A DNA stretch of 64,000 nucleotides from Candidatus Bathyarchaeota archaeon (GCA_963807605.1 CAWECG010000001.1:480001-544000); one strand, 5' to 3'. Positions 41,896 to 52,781 are shown, numbered from the stretch's first letter. Notes: generated by a model not told the origin, from the letters alone. Made by a program: numbers and translations.

Positions 41896-42312
41896 GTGAT
41901 AGAAAATGTGAAGCCTGAAATCATAGAGGCTATGCTTGACGCCATGCCAGTTGAGATATCGTTTGTTGATGAGAATGACCAAGTGAGATACTTCAACAAG
42001 AATGGCAACAGAATCTTTCCAAGACCTAGAAGCATAGTAGGTAAGAAAGTTCAGCAATGTCATCCTGGAAAAAGCTTACACATCGTTGAGAAGATACTTC
42101 AGGATTTTAGAAACAAGAGCAGGAAGAGTGCACCTTTCTGGATAGACCTTAAGGGAAGAAAGATACTGATCAGGTACTTTCCAGTTTGGGATAAGGAAGG
42201 AAACTACAAAGGTTGCTTAGAGGTGTCTGAAGATATCACCGACGTGCAGAAGCTGACAGGTGAGAAGATACTTCTGGACGAAGAAACCACTGAAGCTTCC
42301 AGCAAGACCTGA
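41896..42312 (+). CDS. PAS-domain protein (DUF438-associated type)
   Basis: LDAMPVEISFVDENDQVRYFN, RIFPR, QCHP, YKGCLEVS. Confidence 0.88.
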   Translation: MIENVKPEIIEAMLDAMPVEISFVDENDQVRYFNKNGNRIFPRPRSIVGKKVQQCHPGKSLHIVEKILQDFRNKSRKSAPFWIDLKGRKILIRYFPVWDKEGNYKGCLEVSEDITDVQKLTGEKILLDEETTEASSKT

Positions 42313-42331
42313 AGCAGTGATAAATGTCACA

Positions 42332-42436
42332 TGTGTGTGTGGGTCCCTTGGTGAGCACACACACACACACACAACAAAAAAAAATCAACGCCTAACGGTT
42401 CAAATTACAGCGCTCTCACCAAGGGATACACACACA
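42332..42436. repeat. Complete palindromic repeat unit with ~22-bp inverted ends
   Basis: TGTGTGTGTGGGTCCCTTGGTGAG ... CTCACCAAGGGATACACACACA. Confidence 0.88.
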
Positions 42437-43577
42437 TTACCCACTCGACTGAATGCATGAGAAAAGAATACCCTGCAGTTCTTGCACTTTTAGCATCAGG
42501 TTTGCTGTTTCCATTCTTAAAGGATTCTCTCATTTTCTCGATCTCAACGCTCACTTGAGCTGAAAATATTTCTAGGTTTAATTCCATCAATCCATTGACT
42601 TTGCGAACCTCAGCCTCGTACTCCGAGAACTGTGTGTCAAGTTCCATGCTTCGTATCAGGAAGTCAGCTATATCCTTCTTAGTTTCGTATCCCTCATAAG
42701 TTCTTGTCCAGTTGCTCAAGAGATCGTATTTCAAAGGACGATATTCCGGAGAAGTCAGCTCGCTTACACCAAAGAATCTCTTAAAATTCATCTCTAGAGG
42801 CTCATACAGTTCCTTATTAAGATCCTTTTGAATCTCTCCTACTCTTTTTAAAATATAGTCAGGTTCGATATCATCCCATCTTTTCAAACAAGATTGAAAA
42901 TTACCGACCAACTCCTCGTCGATTACTCCTCCATCCAAATTCGGAAAGTTCTTCTTCTCTTTCATAACTATTCGACCTATCCTCTCTCGTATTGTTTGGC
43001 GTGTCCGAATATCGATTCTGCCGATGGGCATTCCTGGTTTCAGTGTGGAGCAGAAATCTGAAAATCGTTTCTTGTTTTGCTGATCTGCTTGACATAACAC
43101 GTCCTTTATTCGATCTGGCTTCACAGGTTTGAAATCAAAGTTCTTCTTCCAGTCGCAAAATTTCAAAGATGAGTTAACCTCGACTATCAAGCACTCTTTA
43201 TCTCTAATTGGAACGTACGTCGTTTTTTCTAATTGTTTGCCATCAATCTTGAGGGAATAATCGTGCATTTTGAAAAAGGGTCTGAACTCCTTTGAGCAAT
43301 TAAACTCTATATTAGGCCTGAAGGCGCCAGTACGAGGACCATGATTGAGGTATACAAGTCTAGTTGGGGTAAACCCAAATCTGTCTGGAATGAAGTGGTT
43401 GAAGTAATCTTGGGGAATTCTGTCCAGTACAAATTCTGGTTTCTCACAGATCTTTATGTCGGGACCCCTAAGCCTCTGACTGAGCTCAAAGAAAGCGATG
43501 ATCACCGTAAATGCCGTAAAGATAGCGATAATGGCATTCGAGTATTGATTCAAGATATCAAGGAGAGTTTGGACCAC
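42405..43577 (-). CDS. Hypothetical membrane-anchored protein (3' end possibly frameshifted; alternative stop at 42437)
   Basis: 390-aa ORF with an N-terminal TM helix. Confidence 0.7.
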   Translation of the reverse strand: MVQTLLDILNQYSNAIIAIFTAFTVIIAFFELSQRLRGPDIKICEKPEFVLDRIPQDYFNHFIPDRFGFTPTRLVYLNHGPRTGAFRPNIEFNCSKEFRPFFKMHDYSLKIDGKQLEKTTYVPIRDKECLIVEVNSSLKFCDWKKNFDFKPVKPDRIKDVLCQADQQNKKRFSDFCSTLKPGMPIGRIDIRTRQTIRERIGRIVMKEKKNFPNLDGGVIDEELVGNFQSCLKRWDDIEPDYILKRVGEIQKDLNKELYEPLEMNFKRFFGVSELTSPEYRPLKYDLLSNWTRTYEGYETKKDIADFLIRSMELDTQFSEYEAEVRKVNGLMELNLEIFSAQVSVEIEKMRESFKNGNSKPDAKSARTAGYSFLMHSVEWVMCVYPLVRAL

Positions 43578-43800
43578 GGTTTTTCTCCGTCTTCACAAGT
43601 TTTGTGCCCAGATGTGTTCCGAGGCCCTTGATTATGTTGTTGCAGATGGGACATCGGGAACCTTTGTAGAAATAGTGAGCCGCGCCGACGGCTAACCCCC
43701 GTAGACCATCTACAGCACCGCCCAGAACTAGATCTGAGGTGCCTTTCTTCGGTTCAACCCATCTTTGGCAATATGGACAGTATTCCAATGTTGGGAACAT
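43558..43800 (-). CDS. Small zinc-ribbon protein
   Basis: YCPYCQRWV ... RCPICN flanking a glycine-rich segment. Confidence 0.6.
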   Translation of the reverse strand: MFPTLEYCPYCQRWVEPKKGTSDLVLGGAVDGLRGLAVGAAHYFYKGSRCPICNNIIKGLGTHLGTKLVKTEKNRGPNSP

Positions 43801-43891
43801 CTCCGCTAGGGTTCTTCAAATATTGACATATTCGGACTAAGGGATAATCAGCATTTTGTTGATGGTCCGGGCGCAAACGCAGATTCATATT

Positions 43892-44578
43892 CTACGCCTT
43901 CTCCGCCTGTTCCATGAACTTCTTAGCCAGTTCCTTGTCTCCCTGATCAAGCGCTTTCATTGCGCTTCGCAGAAGTTCATCTTTAGTCAATGGAACTGTT
44001 TCAGATTTGGCCTTGCCTAAAGGTTTAAACTCAAGAATTCGACCTTTCAATTTCTGAATGAACTCACTGGAATCCTCATCCCGCAAAAGTAACTCTAATC
44101 TTTGAGACCGTGTTACTAAGATCAGTCTTGTCTTTTGCTGGACATCTTTCTCAACCTCTACATCATCAATGTCTTTGTAGCCTATTCGCCAAGACTGGTC
44201 ACCGAAAAGGGAAGATCCACATTCAAACCATATTGCATCTCTGCCTAGACTAGCAGACCCATGAAAGACTCCTCTTTCGTGAGGACGCTCTGCCACAATT
44301 GTCATATCTCTCTTCTCCTTCTCCTTGCCTGACGTACCTGTAGTACTGATTACATCTTTGGTCAGTGACGGTCTCAAAGTTGGCTGAGCTTTTGGACGCG
44401 CAGCGGCAGCATATATGAGGGCACCTAACAATCCTGTGAAGAAGGTCAGAGCTATCCATGCTTCTCTATTCTCCTTATCTTCACTGCCCTTAATGACGGC
44501 TATCAGGGGTAGAAGCCAGAGAATAAAAGCAATGGCGCCCCAAAGAAGTGTGATTCCAGAATAATTGTATAAGGGCAA
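43892..44578 (-). CDS. PLDc_N-like membrane protein, paralog 1
   Basis: AWIALTFFTGLLGALIY hairpin; C-terminal ELLRSAMKALDQGDKELAK. Confidence 0.75.
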   Translation of the reverse strand: MPLYNYSGITLLWGAIAFILWLLPLIAVIKGSEDKENREAWIALTFFTGLLGALIYAAAARPKAQPTLRPSLTKDVISTTGTSGKEKEKRDMTIVAERPHERGVFHGSASLGRDAIWFECGSSLFGDQSWRIGYKDIDDVEVEKDVQQKTRLILVTRSQRLELLLRDEDSSEFIQKLKGRILEFKPLGKAKSETVPLTKDELLRSAMKALDQGDKELAKKFMEQAEKA

Positions 44579-44758
44579 TTGTTCTCCAATAACAGTCTAC
44601 CACGAAAGCCGCAGATTTAAGACTTGGTCACTGAAGTTCGCTCTTACCTCCGCTATTATGTCTCCCTGAAAAAGCCGATGTCTATTTGTGATTGAGGCTT
44701 TCGAGTCGAAGATAGCGCGCGCGGGAAGTTAATGACTTGATAGAGTCTAGGCTTTCAA

Positions 44759-45421
44759 CTAGCTAATTGACTCTGCCTGGTCCATGAATCTCTTTGCGAG
44801 CTCTTTGTCTCCTTGGTCTAGTGCTTTCATGGCGCTTCGTATGAGTTCCTCTTTGGTTAACGGTGTTGTTTCACGCTCGTTCATCTCTTGAATTCGAGGC
44901 AGTGCTTTTATTTCCATAATTGTGGACCGCCACTCTTCTGAGTTAAGGCCCAATTCACCCCAAACAGAAAACCCGCCAGCCCAATCATATGTGTAGGCAG
45001 CCCCGTTCTGAAGTTGGATAATCATCCTATTTCCCCCTTTTTTCATTTCGACATTAGAGATTGAGCTGACAGGGTAGGTATGGTGTCCGCTGGTACCTTT
45101 CATTGGATTGAATGCCATTAGGGTGCCGTCAAGAGACAGCCTGCCCAATACATTGGATTCTTGGTTCCTGCATATTGACTTGAGCAAGCGTGCGCTAGAA
45201 GGTGATGGAGTACCCGTAGGTGATGGTGCTACCTCAGCCTTCTGGGGGCGAGACGCGGCCCAATATATGAGAGCGCCTAACAATCCTGTGAAGAAAGTCA
45301 GGGCGATCCATGCCCCTCGATTCTCCGCATCTCTACTGTCCACGATGACATCTACGAGAGGAAGAAGCCAGAGAAAAACCGAACCTATAACACCAAGCAC
45401 AATCATGATGCCATAATCCAT
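44759..45421 (-). CDS. PLDc_N-like membrane protein, paralog 2
   Basis: Same N-terminal hairpin and C-terminal helix as 43892-44578. Confidence 0.75.
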   Translation of the reverse strand: MDYGIMIVLGVIGSVFLWLLPLVDVIVDSRDAENRGAWIALTFFTGLLGALIYWAASRPQKAEVAPSPTGTPSPSSARLLKSICRNQESNVLGRLSLDGTLMAFNPMKGTSGHHTYPVSSISNVEMKKGGNRMIIQLQNGAAYTYDWAGGFSVWGELGLNSEEWRSTIMEIKALPRIQEMNERETTPLTKEELIRSAMKALDQGDKELAKRFMDQAESIS

Positions 45422-45537
45422 TCACAACCCCCTGCCTGGTCGGAGATCCAGTGGTCGTGCGCGCGCGCGTCCGAAGATCAATGCCCACCAATTCAGAATA
45501 TTCCTCTCTTGAGCCCGTCGTCGGTCGTCGTTTTTGG

Positions 45538-45578
45538 TGTGTGTGTGTCCTTTGGTGAGAGCACTCTAATTTGAACCC
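45538..45578 (-). repeat. Repeat-family copy, inverted partner of 42397-42436
   Basis: TGTGTGTGTCCTTTGGTGAGAGCACTCTAATTTGAACC. Confidence 0.82.
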
Positions 45579-45827
45579 ATGAAGGTCTCCACCACAGGAA
45601 GTGAGTGCCAGCGCGCGCTTGCCTTGATAACTCGTCTGACATCCGCGGGACCGCAGAATAGTCCTCTCTCCAAGGAACGGCGCTGACAAATATTACGCAT
45701 ACGCGTAAATACAGCCAGGTGTTCCACTCACCATAATAGATCGCTTTTCTTTAGGTTTCTAGAGTGTGTATTTGCTGGGTTTTGAAGCGTACGTCTCGCA
45801 ATTGATGCCGGTGGAGTTCTGTGGAAG

Positions 45828-47198
45828 CTAGGAAATCCCAGCGCCTCTGTTGATCCTTTTCCAGTAGTAGCGGTAGGGAAGACCAGTCTTCTTTCGGATA
45901 GGAGTCCTCTCTATCTCAATTAACCACTTGGACTCCAGTCTCTGAGCCTCTCCAAATGCTTCCTCTGTAATCTGGGCAAGGATAGCCTTCTTGTCGCTCG
46001 AGAGTTTGTCGGCATCGATGTTTGATCGAGCTTGGAAGACGCGGGTCAAATATTCTATTTCGAAATGTCGTTGGTCTTGTCGTATAATCTTTATCCTAGA
46101 TTGGTAGTCTTCTAGAATCTTCCGATGGAGACGTTCGTGTAACCACCAGAGACTCTTGTCGTCCCAAACTCCTCTAGGTGTTGATCCTAAGTCAGGTAAC
46201 CCATTCTCGATAAAGACAGGTTTGAATAGTGAGGTGCAAGGCGCCGCCGTTCCCGTCAACCAATGAGTCTGAAGCTCAGGGAGGAGATGGCCAACGTATG
46301 AGGAGGTTGTTTGTGTAGGAACAAAAACTGGTCTTGCGTGAATACAGATCGATTCCATACTGCCTTTTGAGGGATCCCATGCCTCCTCCTTTGATGGATC
46401 GTTCAGATTGTGACTGCGAAGAATCCGCATCATCAATAGGACGTCGATTTTCCCCTTATGTTCTGTGAGCTCTCTTGTTGTTAACGTATGTCTTGCGAAT
46501 CCTTTTCCTCCCCATGTTCTCCTGTCAAGTATTCCTGCGGTGAAACACTTTCTGAAGCTAAAATCTGATTTGGATGAACAGTAACCTTTTTTCACAGCGT
46601 GTGAAATCAGGTCAGGATGAATTCTGTCGTAATTTGAACCTATTGTGAGGCAATTGGATATCGTTCGGATCTCCTTGACTCTCTCAGCAATCCAGAATCG
46701 GTCAGCAGTCTCAAGAGCCCAGGCTTCGTTGAGATCAGCTATTAAGAAGCTGTTGTGATACTTCATCTTCTTATCTTCAAAGCCGCAAATTCCGCCCTGA
46801 CCATACCGCTCAACCAGTGAAATGATTGTCTCAAGAGCCTCCGTGGCGGTTTTGGTTCTTTCCAACGCCACACGCATCATATCCATCCCCAGAAGACCGC
46901 TCTCCCTTTCAGGTTCCTTGGTGAATACAGCTTCGTTTCCCATTGCTACACCATATTCATTTGCACCCATCTCACAACCGAACATCCAGTGGGGAGAGCT
47001 GAGAATTACTGCATACGTCTCCTCAACCTGCGGTATCTCAAGATAAGTGCACTTTAGCTTCTCAGTGTCCGGATCGTGTTTCTGTCGGGGGAAGAAGAGT
47101 AAGGTATGGCCTTCATTTGGTTCTCTGTCGGAGTTCTTTGCAAGAATCACCGAACCGTCATCGGTACTATTCTTGAGTGCCACTAGGGTGTCACACAT
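45828..47198 (-). CDS. Peptidase C69 / secernin family
   Basis: N-terminal MCDT nucleophile, AKNSDREPNE, GCEMGANE, GNEAVF. Confidence 0.93.
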   Translation of the reverse strand: MCDTLVALKNSTDDGSVILAKNSDREPNEGHTLLFFPRQKHDPDTEKLKCTYLEIPQVEETYAVILSSPHWMFGCEMGANEYGVAMGNEAVFTKEPERESGLLGMDMMRVALERTKTATEALETIISLVERYGQGGICGFEDKKMKYHNSFLIADLNEAWALETADRFWIAERVKEIRTISNCLTIGSNYDRIHPDLISHAVKKGYCSSKSDFSFRKCFTAGILDRRTWGGKGFARHTLTTRELTEHKGKIDVLLMMRILRSHNLNDPSKEEAWDPSKGSMESICIHARPVFVPTQTTSSYVGHLLPELQTHWLTGTAAPCTSLFKPVFIENGLPDLGSTPRGVWDDKSLWWLHERLHRKILEDYQSRIKIIRQDQRHFEIEYLTRVFQARSNIDADKLSSDKKAILAQITEEAFGEAQRLESKWLIEIERTPIRKKTGLPYRYYWKRINRGAGIS

Positions 47199-47370
47199 GG
47201 AGATATCAAATCCCGATCATAGGCAGAAGACAAAGGATTCTATGCGCGCGCTAGTAGGTTTTCTGGCGAGCCTCTTTAATCCAGAAGCTGGTTTGCTGAG
47301 AGAGTATGGAACCCATCCAGTAGCGCGCGCCCGGGAACCACGAGGAGTCTGTCGTGTATTTTCATCGCGC

Positions 47371-49920
47371 TCAAAGTCCTTCTCGCTTGTAGAAGAGTCG
47401 CTTGGTTTGCTCCGCGCCCAGAACGTATAGTCCAACAATAATCGCAGTGAAGAGAAGGAAAGTAAGCGAGATAGGAACAAATCCAAACAACGTTCCTAGG
47501 GCCGTAAAGGGTAGAAGCACAGTTGCAATTACCACGCATAATGTCGCAAACAGAAGATATTTGCTAGGCTTACTTCTGAAGAACGATTGTTGAGTGCGAA
47601 TTACTAACACAATCAGAGTGGCAGAGGCCACTGATTCAATGAACCAACCTGTTCTGAACTGATCCGTTGTTGCATGCAAAATGAAGAGAAGTACACCGAA
47701 TGTTAGGTAGTCGAAGACCGAACTAAGGAGACCGAAAGTCATCATGAAGTCCCGGATGAATTTTACGTTCCAGCGTCTGGGTTTCTGTACCATGCCACTG
47801 TCAACGCTATCTGTGGGTATGGTCATTTCAGGGAAGTCTGTCATGAGATTTGTAAGCAGAACTTGCGTGGGCAGCAAGGGTAGGAAGGATAAGAAGAGTG
47901 AAGCTCCGGCCATGCTGAACATGTTTCCGAAATTGGCACTCGCAGCCATGAACACGTACTTGAGAGTGTTAGCGAAAGTCTTTCGACCATCTTGCACACC
48001 CTGTACTAGAACACCCAAGTCTTTCTCAAGTAATACGATGTCAGCAGCCTCCTTAGCTACATCTACTGCAGTGTTCACCGAGATTCCGACGTCTGCAGTA
48101 TGGAGTGCTGAGGCGTCATTGATTCCATCTCCGATGAAGCCTACAACATATCCTGCTTTCTTGAACGCTAAGATAATTCGCTCTTTATGGTTGGGATCGA
48201 CTTCGGCGAACACGTCAGTATCTTTGACTCGTTGAAGGAGCGCTTCGTCACTCATAAGATGGATTTCAGGGCCTGTTAGAACACGTGAACTGGTTAGTCC
48301 TACCTGTGTGCTCAGAGATGCCGCGACGAATCTGTTGTCTCCCGTTATGATCTTTAACGCAATTCCAAGGTTCTGTAGGTTTTGTAGAACTGTCTTAATC
48401 ATCGGCTTAGGCGGATCAAACAATAGCAAGAAACCCAAGAAAATCATCTGAGTTTCTTGATCCTTGTCGATGCGGTCAGCAGGAACGTTCTTGTATGCCA
48501 CGCCAAGCAGCCGGAAACCTTGACCGCTTAAGTCTTCGAAGCGTTGCTGGATTTTCTCACGAACATCTGCAATTTGAACGACCCCATTCGGGGTCTCTGC
48601 TTGGGCGCAGGCGTCGAGTACGTTTGGTACCGCGCCCTTTGTCGTCATGATATGCACGTTATCCTTTGACACTAGGATACTGAGCCTCTTCCGCACAAAA
48701 TCGTATGGGACTTCATCAATTTTCTTGTAAGAAGTGAGGTCGAAGGTACTCTTTGCTCGAATTGCTTCGTCTATGGGGTTTGCAAAGCCGCTCTCAAAAT
48801 TGGCGTTCAGACATGCGTATAGGAGAACCTTTTCGCTAGTGTTGCCTTCGATATCAATGGCGGATTGGACCTGTACTTGTCCTTCGGTTAGGGTTCCCGT
48901 CTTGTCCGAACAGAGAAGGTTCATGCTGCCAAAGTTTTCAATTGAGACAAGTCGTTTCACGATAACTTTCTGCTTTGCCATTTCCTTCGCGCCGTGCGCG
49001 AGATTTACGGTTACTATGGCGGGTAGTAGTTGTGGTGTTAAACCAACTGCGAGTGCCACTGAGAAGAGAAAGGATGCAAGGATTGGTCGTCCCAAGTAGG
49101 CGTTTACAGCGAAGATCATGATTGCCATGATTAGAGTGATTTCCATAAGGAGGTAGCCGAATTGCCTGACGCCACGCTCGAATCCAGTCTCTGGCGGTTT
49201 AAGCGCAAGACTTTCAGAGATTTTTCCGAATTCAGTTTTCTTCCCGGTTGTTACGACAAGAGCTTTGCCAGTACCGCTGACAACATGAGTTCCCATGAAC
49301 AGAGTGTTTGAGCGAGCGCTCAAAGGTGCGTCAGGCGTAAGGATCCCGACGGATTTTTCTTCGGGGTAAGTCTCACCCGTAAGCGTCGCTTCATCAACGA
49401 AAAGATCCCTAACTTCGATGAGTGCGCAGTCACCGGGAACCATGTTCCCTGCGTTCAGTATCACAATATCTCCTGGTACGATTTGCTCTAGAGGAATTTG
49501 ACTTGGTTCTCCGTTGCGTAGCGCAGTCGTATTGATCTGTACGATTGAAAGTAACTTCTTCACGGCATCGCTTGCGCCGCGCTCCTGCCAGAACCCGAGT
49601 ATACCGCTGACGAATACGATGACCAAGATAATTGCTGCACTTGCTCGATCCTGCAGAAAGATGGAAAGTATAGCTGCAACGAGCAAGATGAGTACGAGAG
49701 GGCTTCTGAATTGATTAAGAAGAAGTGTGATGACGTCAGTTTTCTTCTTTTCCTTTAACAGATTGTATCCATATAACGAGAGCCGTCGTTGAACTTCATC
49801 ATTAGTCAAACCTTCAGGGGTCGTCTGAAGCTGTTCAAATAGCTCTGCGCTGGGAATGCTCCAGAAAGGTTTCTCATCAGAGCTGATTGTACCCCTCTCC
49901 CAAAATTTGTACCATAACAA
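47371..49920 (-). CDS. mgtA: Mg2+-translocating P-type ATPase
   Basis: LTGE, LAVGLTPQLLP, CSDKTGTLT, GDGIND, SANFGNMFS. Confidence 0.93.
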   Translation of the reverse strand: MLWYKFWERGTISSDEKPFWSIPSAELFEQLQTTPEGLTNDEVQRRLSLYGYNLLKEKKKTDVITLLLNQFRSPLVLILLVAAILSIFLQDRASAAIILVIVFVSGILGFWQERGASDAVKKLLSIVQINTTALRNGEPSQIPLEQIVPGDIVILNAGNMVPGDCALIEVRDLFVDEATLTGETYPEEKSVGILTPDAPLSARSNTLFMGTHVVSGTGKALVVTTGKKTEFGKISESLALKPPETGFERGVRQFGYLLMEITLIMAIMIFAVNAYLGRPILASFLFSVALAVGLTPQLLPAIVTVNLAHGAKEMAKQKVIVKRLVSIENFGSMNLLCSDKTGTLTEGQVQVQSAIDIEGNTSEKVLLYACLNANFESGFANPIDEAIRAKSTFDLTSYKKIDEVPYDFVRKRLSILVSKDNVHIMTTKGAVPNVLDACAQAETPNGVVQIADVREKIQQRFEDLSGQGFRLLGVAYKNVPADRIDKDQETQMIFLGFLLLFDPPKPMIKTVLQNLQNLGIALKIITGDNRFVAASLSTQVGLTSSRVLTGPEIHLMSDEALLQRVKDTDVFAEVDPNHKERIILAFKKAGYVVGFIGDGINDASALHTADVGISVNTAVDVAKEAADIVLLEKDLGVLVQGVQDGRKTFANTLKYVFMAASANFGNMFSMAGASLFLSFLPLLPTQVLLTNLMTDFPEMTIPTDSVDSGMVQKPRRWNVKFIRDFMMTFGLLSSVFDYLTFGVLLFILHATTDQFRTGWFIESVASATLIVLVIRTQQSFFRSKPSKYLLFATLCVVIATVLLPFTALGTLFGFVPISLTFLLFTAIIVGLYVLGAEQTKRLFYKREGL

Positions 49921-50171
49921 TACATCGGCTGGCTATAAGTACACAACGCGGAAGCACTGGAAGGGGCACTTCCATGCAGCCTCTCATGAGATCAGCGCGC
50001 GCTTAGATAAACACCTTGGGCCTGTACATTGTCCCGCACGAGGATTTTGGTGACTATTGATGCTTTCTTCTGGCATGCTTAACTTGGTCATGCTTCAAAG
50101 ATGGGGCAGGGGATTCTGACCCCAATTTACCCGTAGACTCAGCCTTGGGGACACGGATAAGAGGGTCCGTG

Positions 50172-50558
50172 TTAGCCGACTATCTGAGTTATTTCCTTGA
50201 TAATCTCGTTTTCAACGTGGCGGGTCCACAGCATTTCAGGAACATCGATTCCAAGGAAGAGAACGGACAGTAACAATGTTTCGACGGCTGCGACTGCAAG
50301 ATTTTGTATCAATTTTCCGATTCCAACATGCACTGTGAAATCGTTCGGTTGCCCTGAAAGGGTTATTGTGAACGCCCGATCGGCGGTGATAATGTCTCGC
50401 AGTATCCCAGCCTTTTGAGCCTGAATCACTTGTCCTAACGGAGCCGTGGTGGACTGGACCTTGTATCCTTCAACCTGTAGTTGTTTAACTATTTGTTGCG
50501 ATAGTTGGGTCAGATCCTTATTCTTTCCTTGAAAACGCAATACTTTCTCTGAAACCAT
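50172..50558 (-). CDS. Conserved hypothetical protein
   Basis: Clean 128-aa ORF with upstream GGTG RBS-like sequence. Confidence 0.7.
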   Translation of the reverse strand: MVSEKVLRFQGKNKDLTQLSQQIVKQLQVEGYKVQSTTAPLGQVIQAQKAGILRDIITADRAFTITLSGQPNDFTVHVGIGKLIQNLAVAAVETLLLSVLFLGIDVPEMLWTRHVENEIIKEITQIVG

Positions 50559-50648
50559 TTAAAATTCACCACAAATATAACTACGATACCGTCTAATTAA
50601 CGTTTGACGTGGCGAGCCTGAAGGTCAATTCCATCGTACCCTTGGGAT

Positions 50649-50889
50649 TCAAGTTTGGGTCTTCTTCTTGCCTTTTGGTACATAGTCGAAGAAACGTTCT
50701 GTGACACCATCCCCGGTCCATTCTGCACGCAATCTTGTACGGCGTTCCGCTTTACGCATCTCTTACAGTGGCCTGCGGTTGAGATCGCGTGCGCTCCCCC
50801 CGTTCAGCTCAGCTTCAACTTCGAATCCTTCCGCTGTAGCGCGCGCTTCGTTCCAGTTCTTCTTTATCGTTGCTTTTCTTTTCCGTCAT
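50649..50889 (-). pseudogene. Degraded small hypothetical gene with internal (GC)n breakpoint
   Basis: MTEKK..ELER, then GCGCGC at 50839, then another frame GFEVEAELNGGSARDLNR..*..RLRAEWT..ERFFDYVPKG. Confidence 0.55.
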
Positions 50890-50904
50890 GAGTTGAATTT
50901 TGGC

Positions 50905-51189
50905 CTATAGACTTTTGAATGCGCCCTTCAACTCCGTGATAGGCGACTTCAGGTTGAGCGCGTCCTTGATGCTTTCTATCGAAGTGGTTGGAACTCTTCC
51001 CTTTGCATGACGCAGTACAATCATCTTGCCTAGAACCTCTTTTGCCGCCTCTTTCCGGAACTCAACTATAATGTTGGTCACCTTCATTTCGGAAGGGTCG
51101 AATTCCAAGTCCTTAACTTTTCCAAGATTAACCATGTCTTTGCTGTAAACCACGATGTTCTTGATGTTGCTAGCAAACAAACACGACAC
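50905..51189 (-). CDS. PRC-barrel domain protein
   Basis: VVYSKD..LGKVKDLEFD...VP..IESIKD. Confidence 0.8.
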   Translation of the reverse strand: MSCLFASNIKNIVVYSKDMVNLGKVKDLEFDPSEMKVTNIIVEFRKEAAKEVLGKMIVLRHAKGRVPTTSIESIKDALNLKSPITELKGAFKSL

Positions 51190-51284
51190 CTAAGAATCGT
51201 ATTGATATCACAGACCTAAAAGAGTATGCTGAATCTTAGTCTTGCTACGTGGCTTACGCACGCGCTATATCGATGTTCGCGCGC

Positions 51285-52389
51285 AGGGTTGTCCCGATAT
51301 TCTTTGAGTTGACACGGAAAGATCCATAAGGGTTGAGCCCCGCACCCTTCTACTTGGAGGAGATTCCAGATAGAAGGGTACGAGACTCTGGAGTCACTGC
51401 TGAGTAATCTGGATTTATCATTTGTTGAACGTCTAGTTGTTAGTTGCTATCATCAAGAAGGTCCAGGTAAACCTCCACGTAACCCTCTAGGACTCTTCAA
51501 GGCACACCTTGCCAGACGCTACCTCAGAATAAACAGTCTGCGTGAGCTTGAACGTCGCTTATGGATCGATGAGCGGCTACGTGACATATGCGACATAAGA
51601 TATGAGGAGCCAGCCTACGGTAGGACGGTACTCTCAAGATTCAACCAGCGACTAGGAACAAGAAGACTAAGACGCATAGTAAACAAACAGGTCAAGAAAT
51701 TACTGAAGAAGCGCTATGTAACACCAAGAATAGTTGCTATGGACGCCACCTTCATCAAAGCCTACAGCAGACGAAACATAAACAATAGAACAGGCTTCAG
51801 TGACCCTCAAGCACGTGTAGGAAGAGCCTACCGCACATACGGGTTAGGCTACAAACTACACCTAACAGTCGATACAGACACAGCCACACCCCTAACATTC
51901 CTAGTGACACCAGCAAACACTAACGAGAAGAAACCGAGCATACCACTCCTCAAAATGACAGTTAAAACCACAGCAACCAGAATCCGACAGCTAACCGCTG
52001 ACAGTCAATACTCCAGCAACAGACTCAGAGAGACCGCTAAAAAACACAGAATCAAGACCGCGATACCCTACCCAGCCAACCAGAAACCTGAAAGACAAAA
52101 CATCCTCAGAGTAACCAGCGACTTCAAAACACACGGCCCAGAAAACCTCAAACACATCTACAATAAACGCTCCATCATCGAGTTGGTCTTCGCATCACTC
52201 AAAGAACACCTCAACCTCAACAACCACAAGACACGAGGACTAGAAAACATCACCATCCACATCAGCTACTGCATACTATGCCTCCTCTACACCATAGAAG
52301 CCTCACACAACACCAAACAACCCACCAAAACCAGAAGCATAACCTACTGGACAAACCTAACATGAAAACGCTAATAACGGGACAACCCC
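51285..52389 (+). mobile_element. Insertion sequence (DDE, IS4/IS5-like), 1105 bp, ~17-bp TIRs, 6-bp TSD GCGCGC
   Basis: Left AGGGTTGTCCCGATATT; right (reverse complement) GGGGTTGTCCCGTTATT; GCGCGC at 51279-51284 and 52390-52395. Confidence 0.9.
51333..52365 (+). CDS. DDE transposase (frame open from 51337; TTG start at 51333 is out of frame, so possibly frameshifted)
   Basis: MDAT, GYKLH, LTADSQY, YNKRSIIELVF; upstream SLRELERRL in the same frame. Confidence 0.88.
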
Positions 52390-52466
52390 GCGCGCTATTT
52401 GAAGCCGTTCAGATGAAAACACTGCTTTAATAGACGTGACGAATGAAATAATAGAGTGGAAATAAA

Positions 52467-52781
52467 ATGCCGATAGATCCAGACTTCATGAAGAAGTCCA
52501 AGAAGCATGGCCAGCACAATGACCATGACGTTTGGGGCGAAGTGAAGCCGCCTGAAAAACTGGGAATTCACGGTACCAACGTAGCTGTAGACCATGAGGT
52601 GTGTACTGGCGATGCTATCTGCGTTGATGTCTGTCCAGTAAACGTATTCGAAATGATCGACAGCCCCGGACATCCAACCTCAGCCAGCAAATCAGATCCC
52701 GTCAGGGAGCCAGACTGCATCTTCTGCATGGCCTGTGAAACAGCATGTCCAACGAAAGCCATCAAAATAACTCCAAAATAG
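52467..52781 (+). CDS. Dicluster ferredoxin of the zinc-containing archaeal type
   Basis: MPIDP..H..H.VWG..LGIHGT, CTGDAICVDVCP, CIFCMACETACP. Confidence 0.9.
   Translation: MPIDPDFMKKSKKHGQHNDHDVWGEVKPPEKLGIHGTNVAVDHEVCTGDAICVDVCPVNVFEMIDSPGHPTSASKSDPVREPDCIFCMACETACPTKAIKITPK

Noticed and set aside
50102-50131. Hairpin TGGGGCAG..CTGACCCCAATTTACC resembling the cassette junction
   Set aside because: Too divergent; could simply be a terminator-like hairpin.
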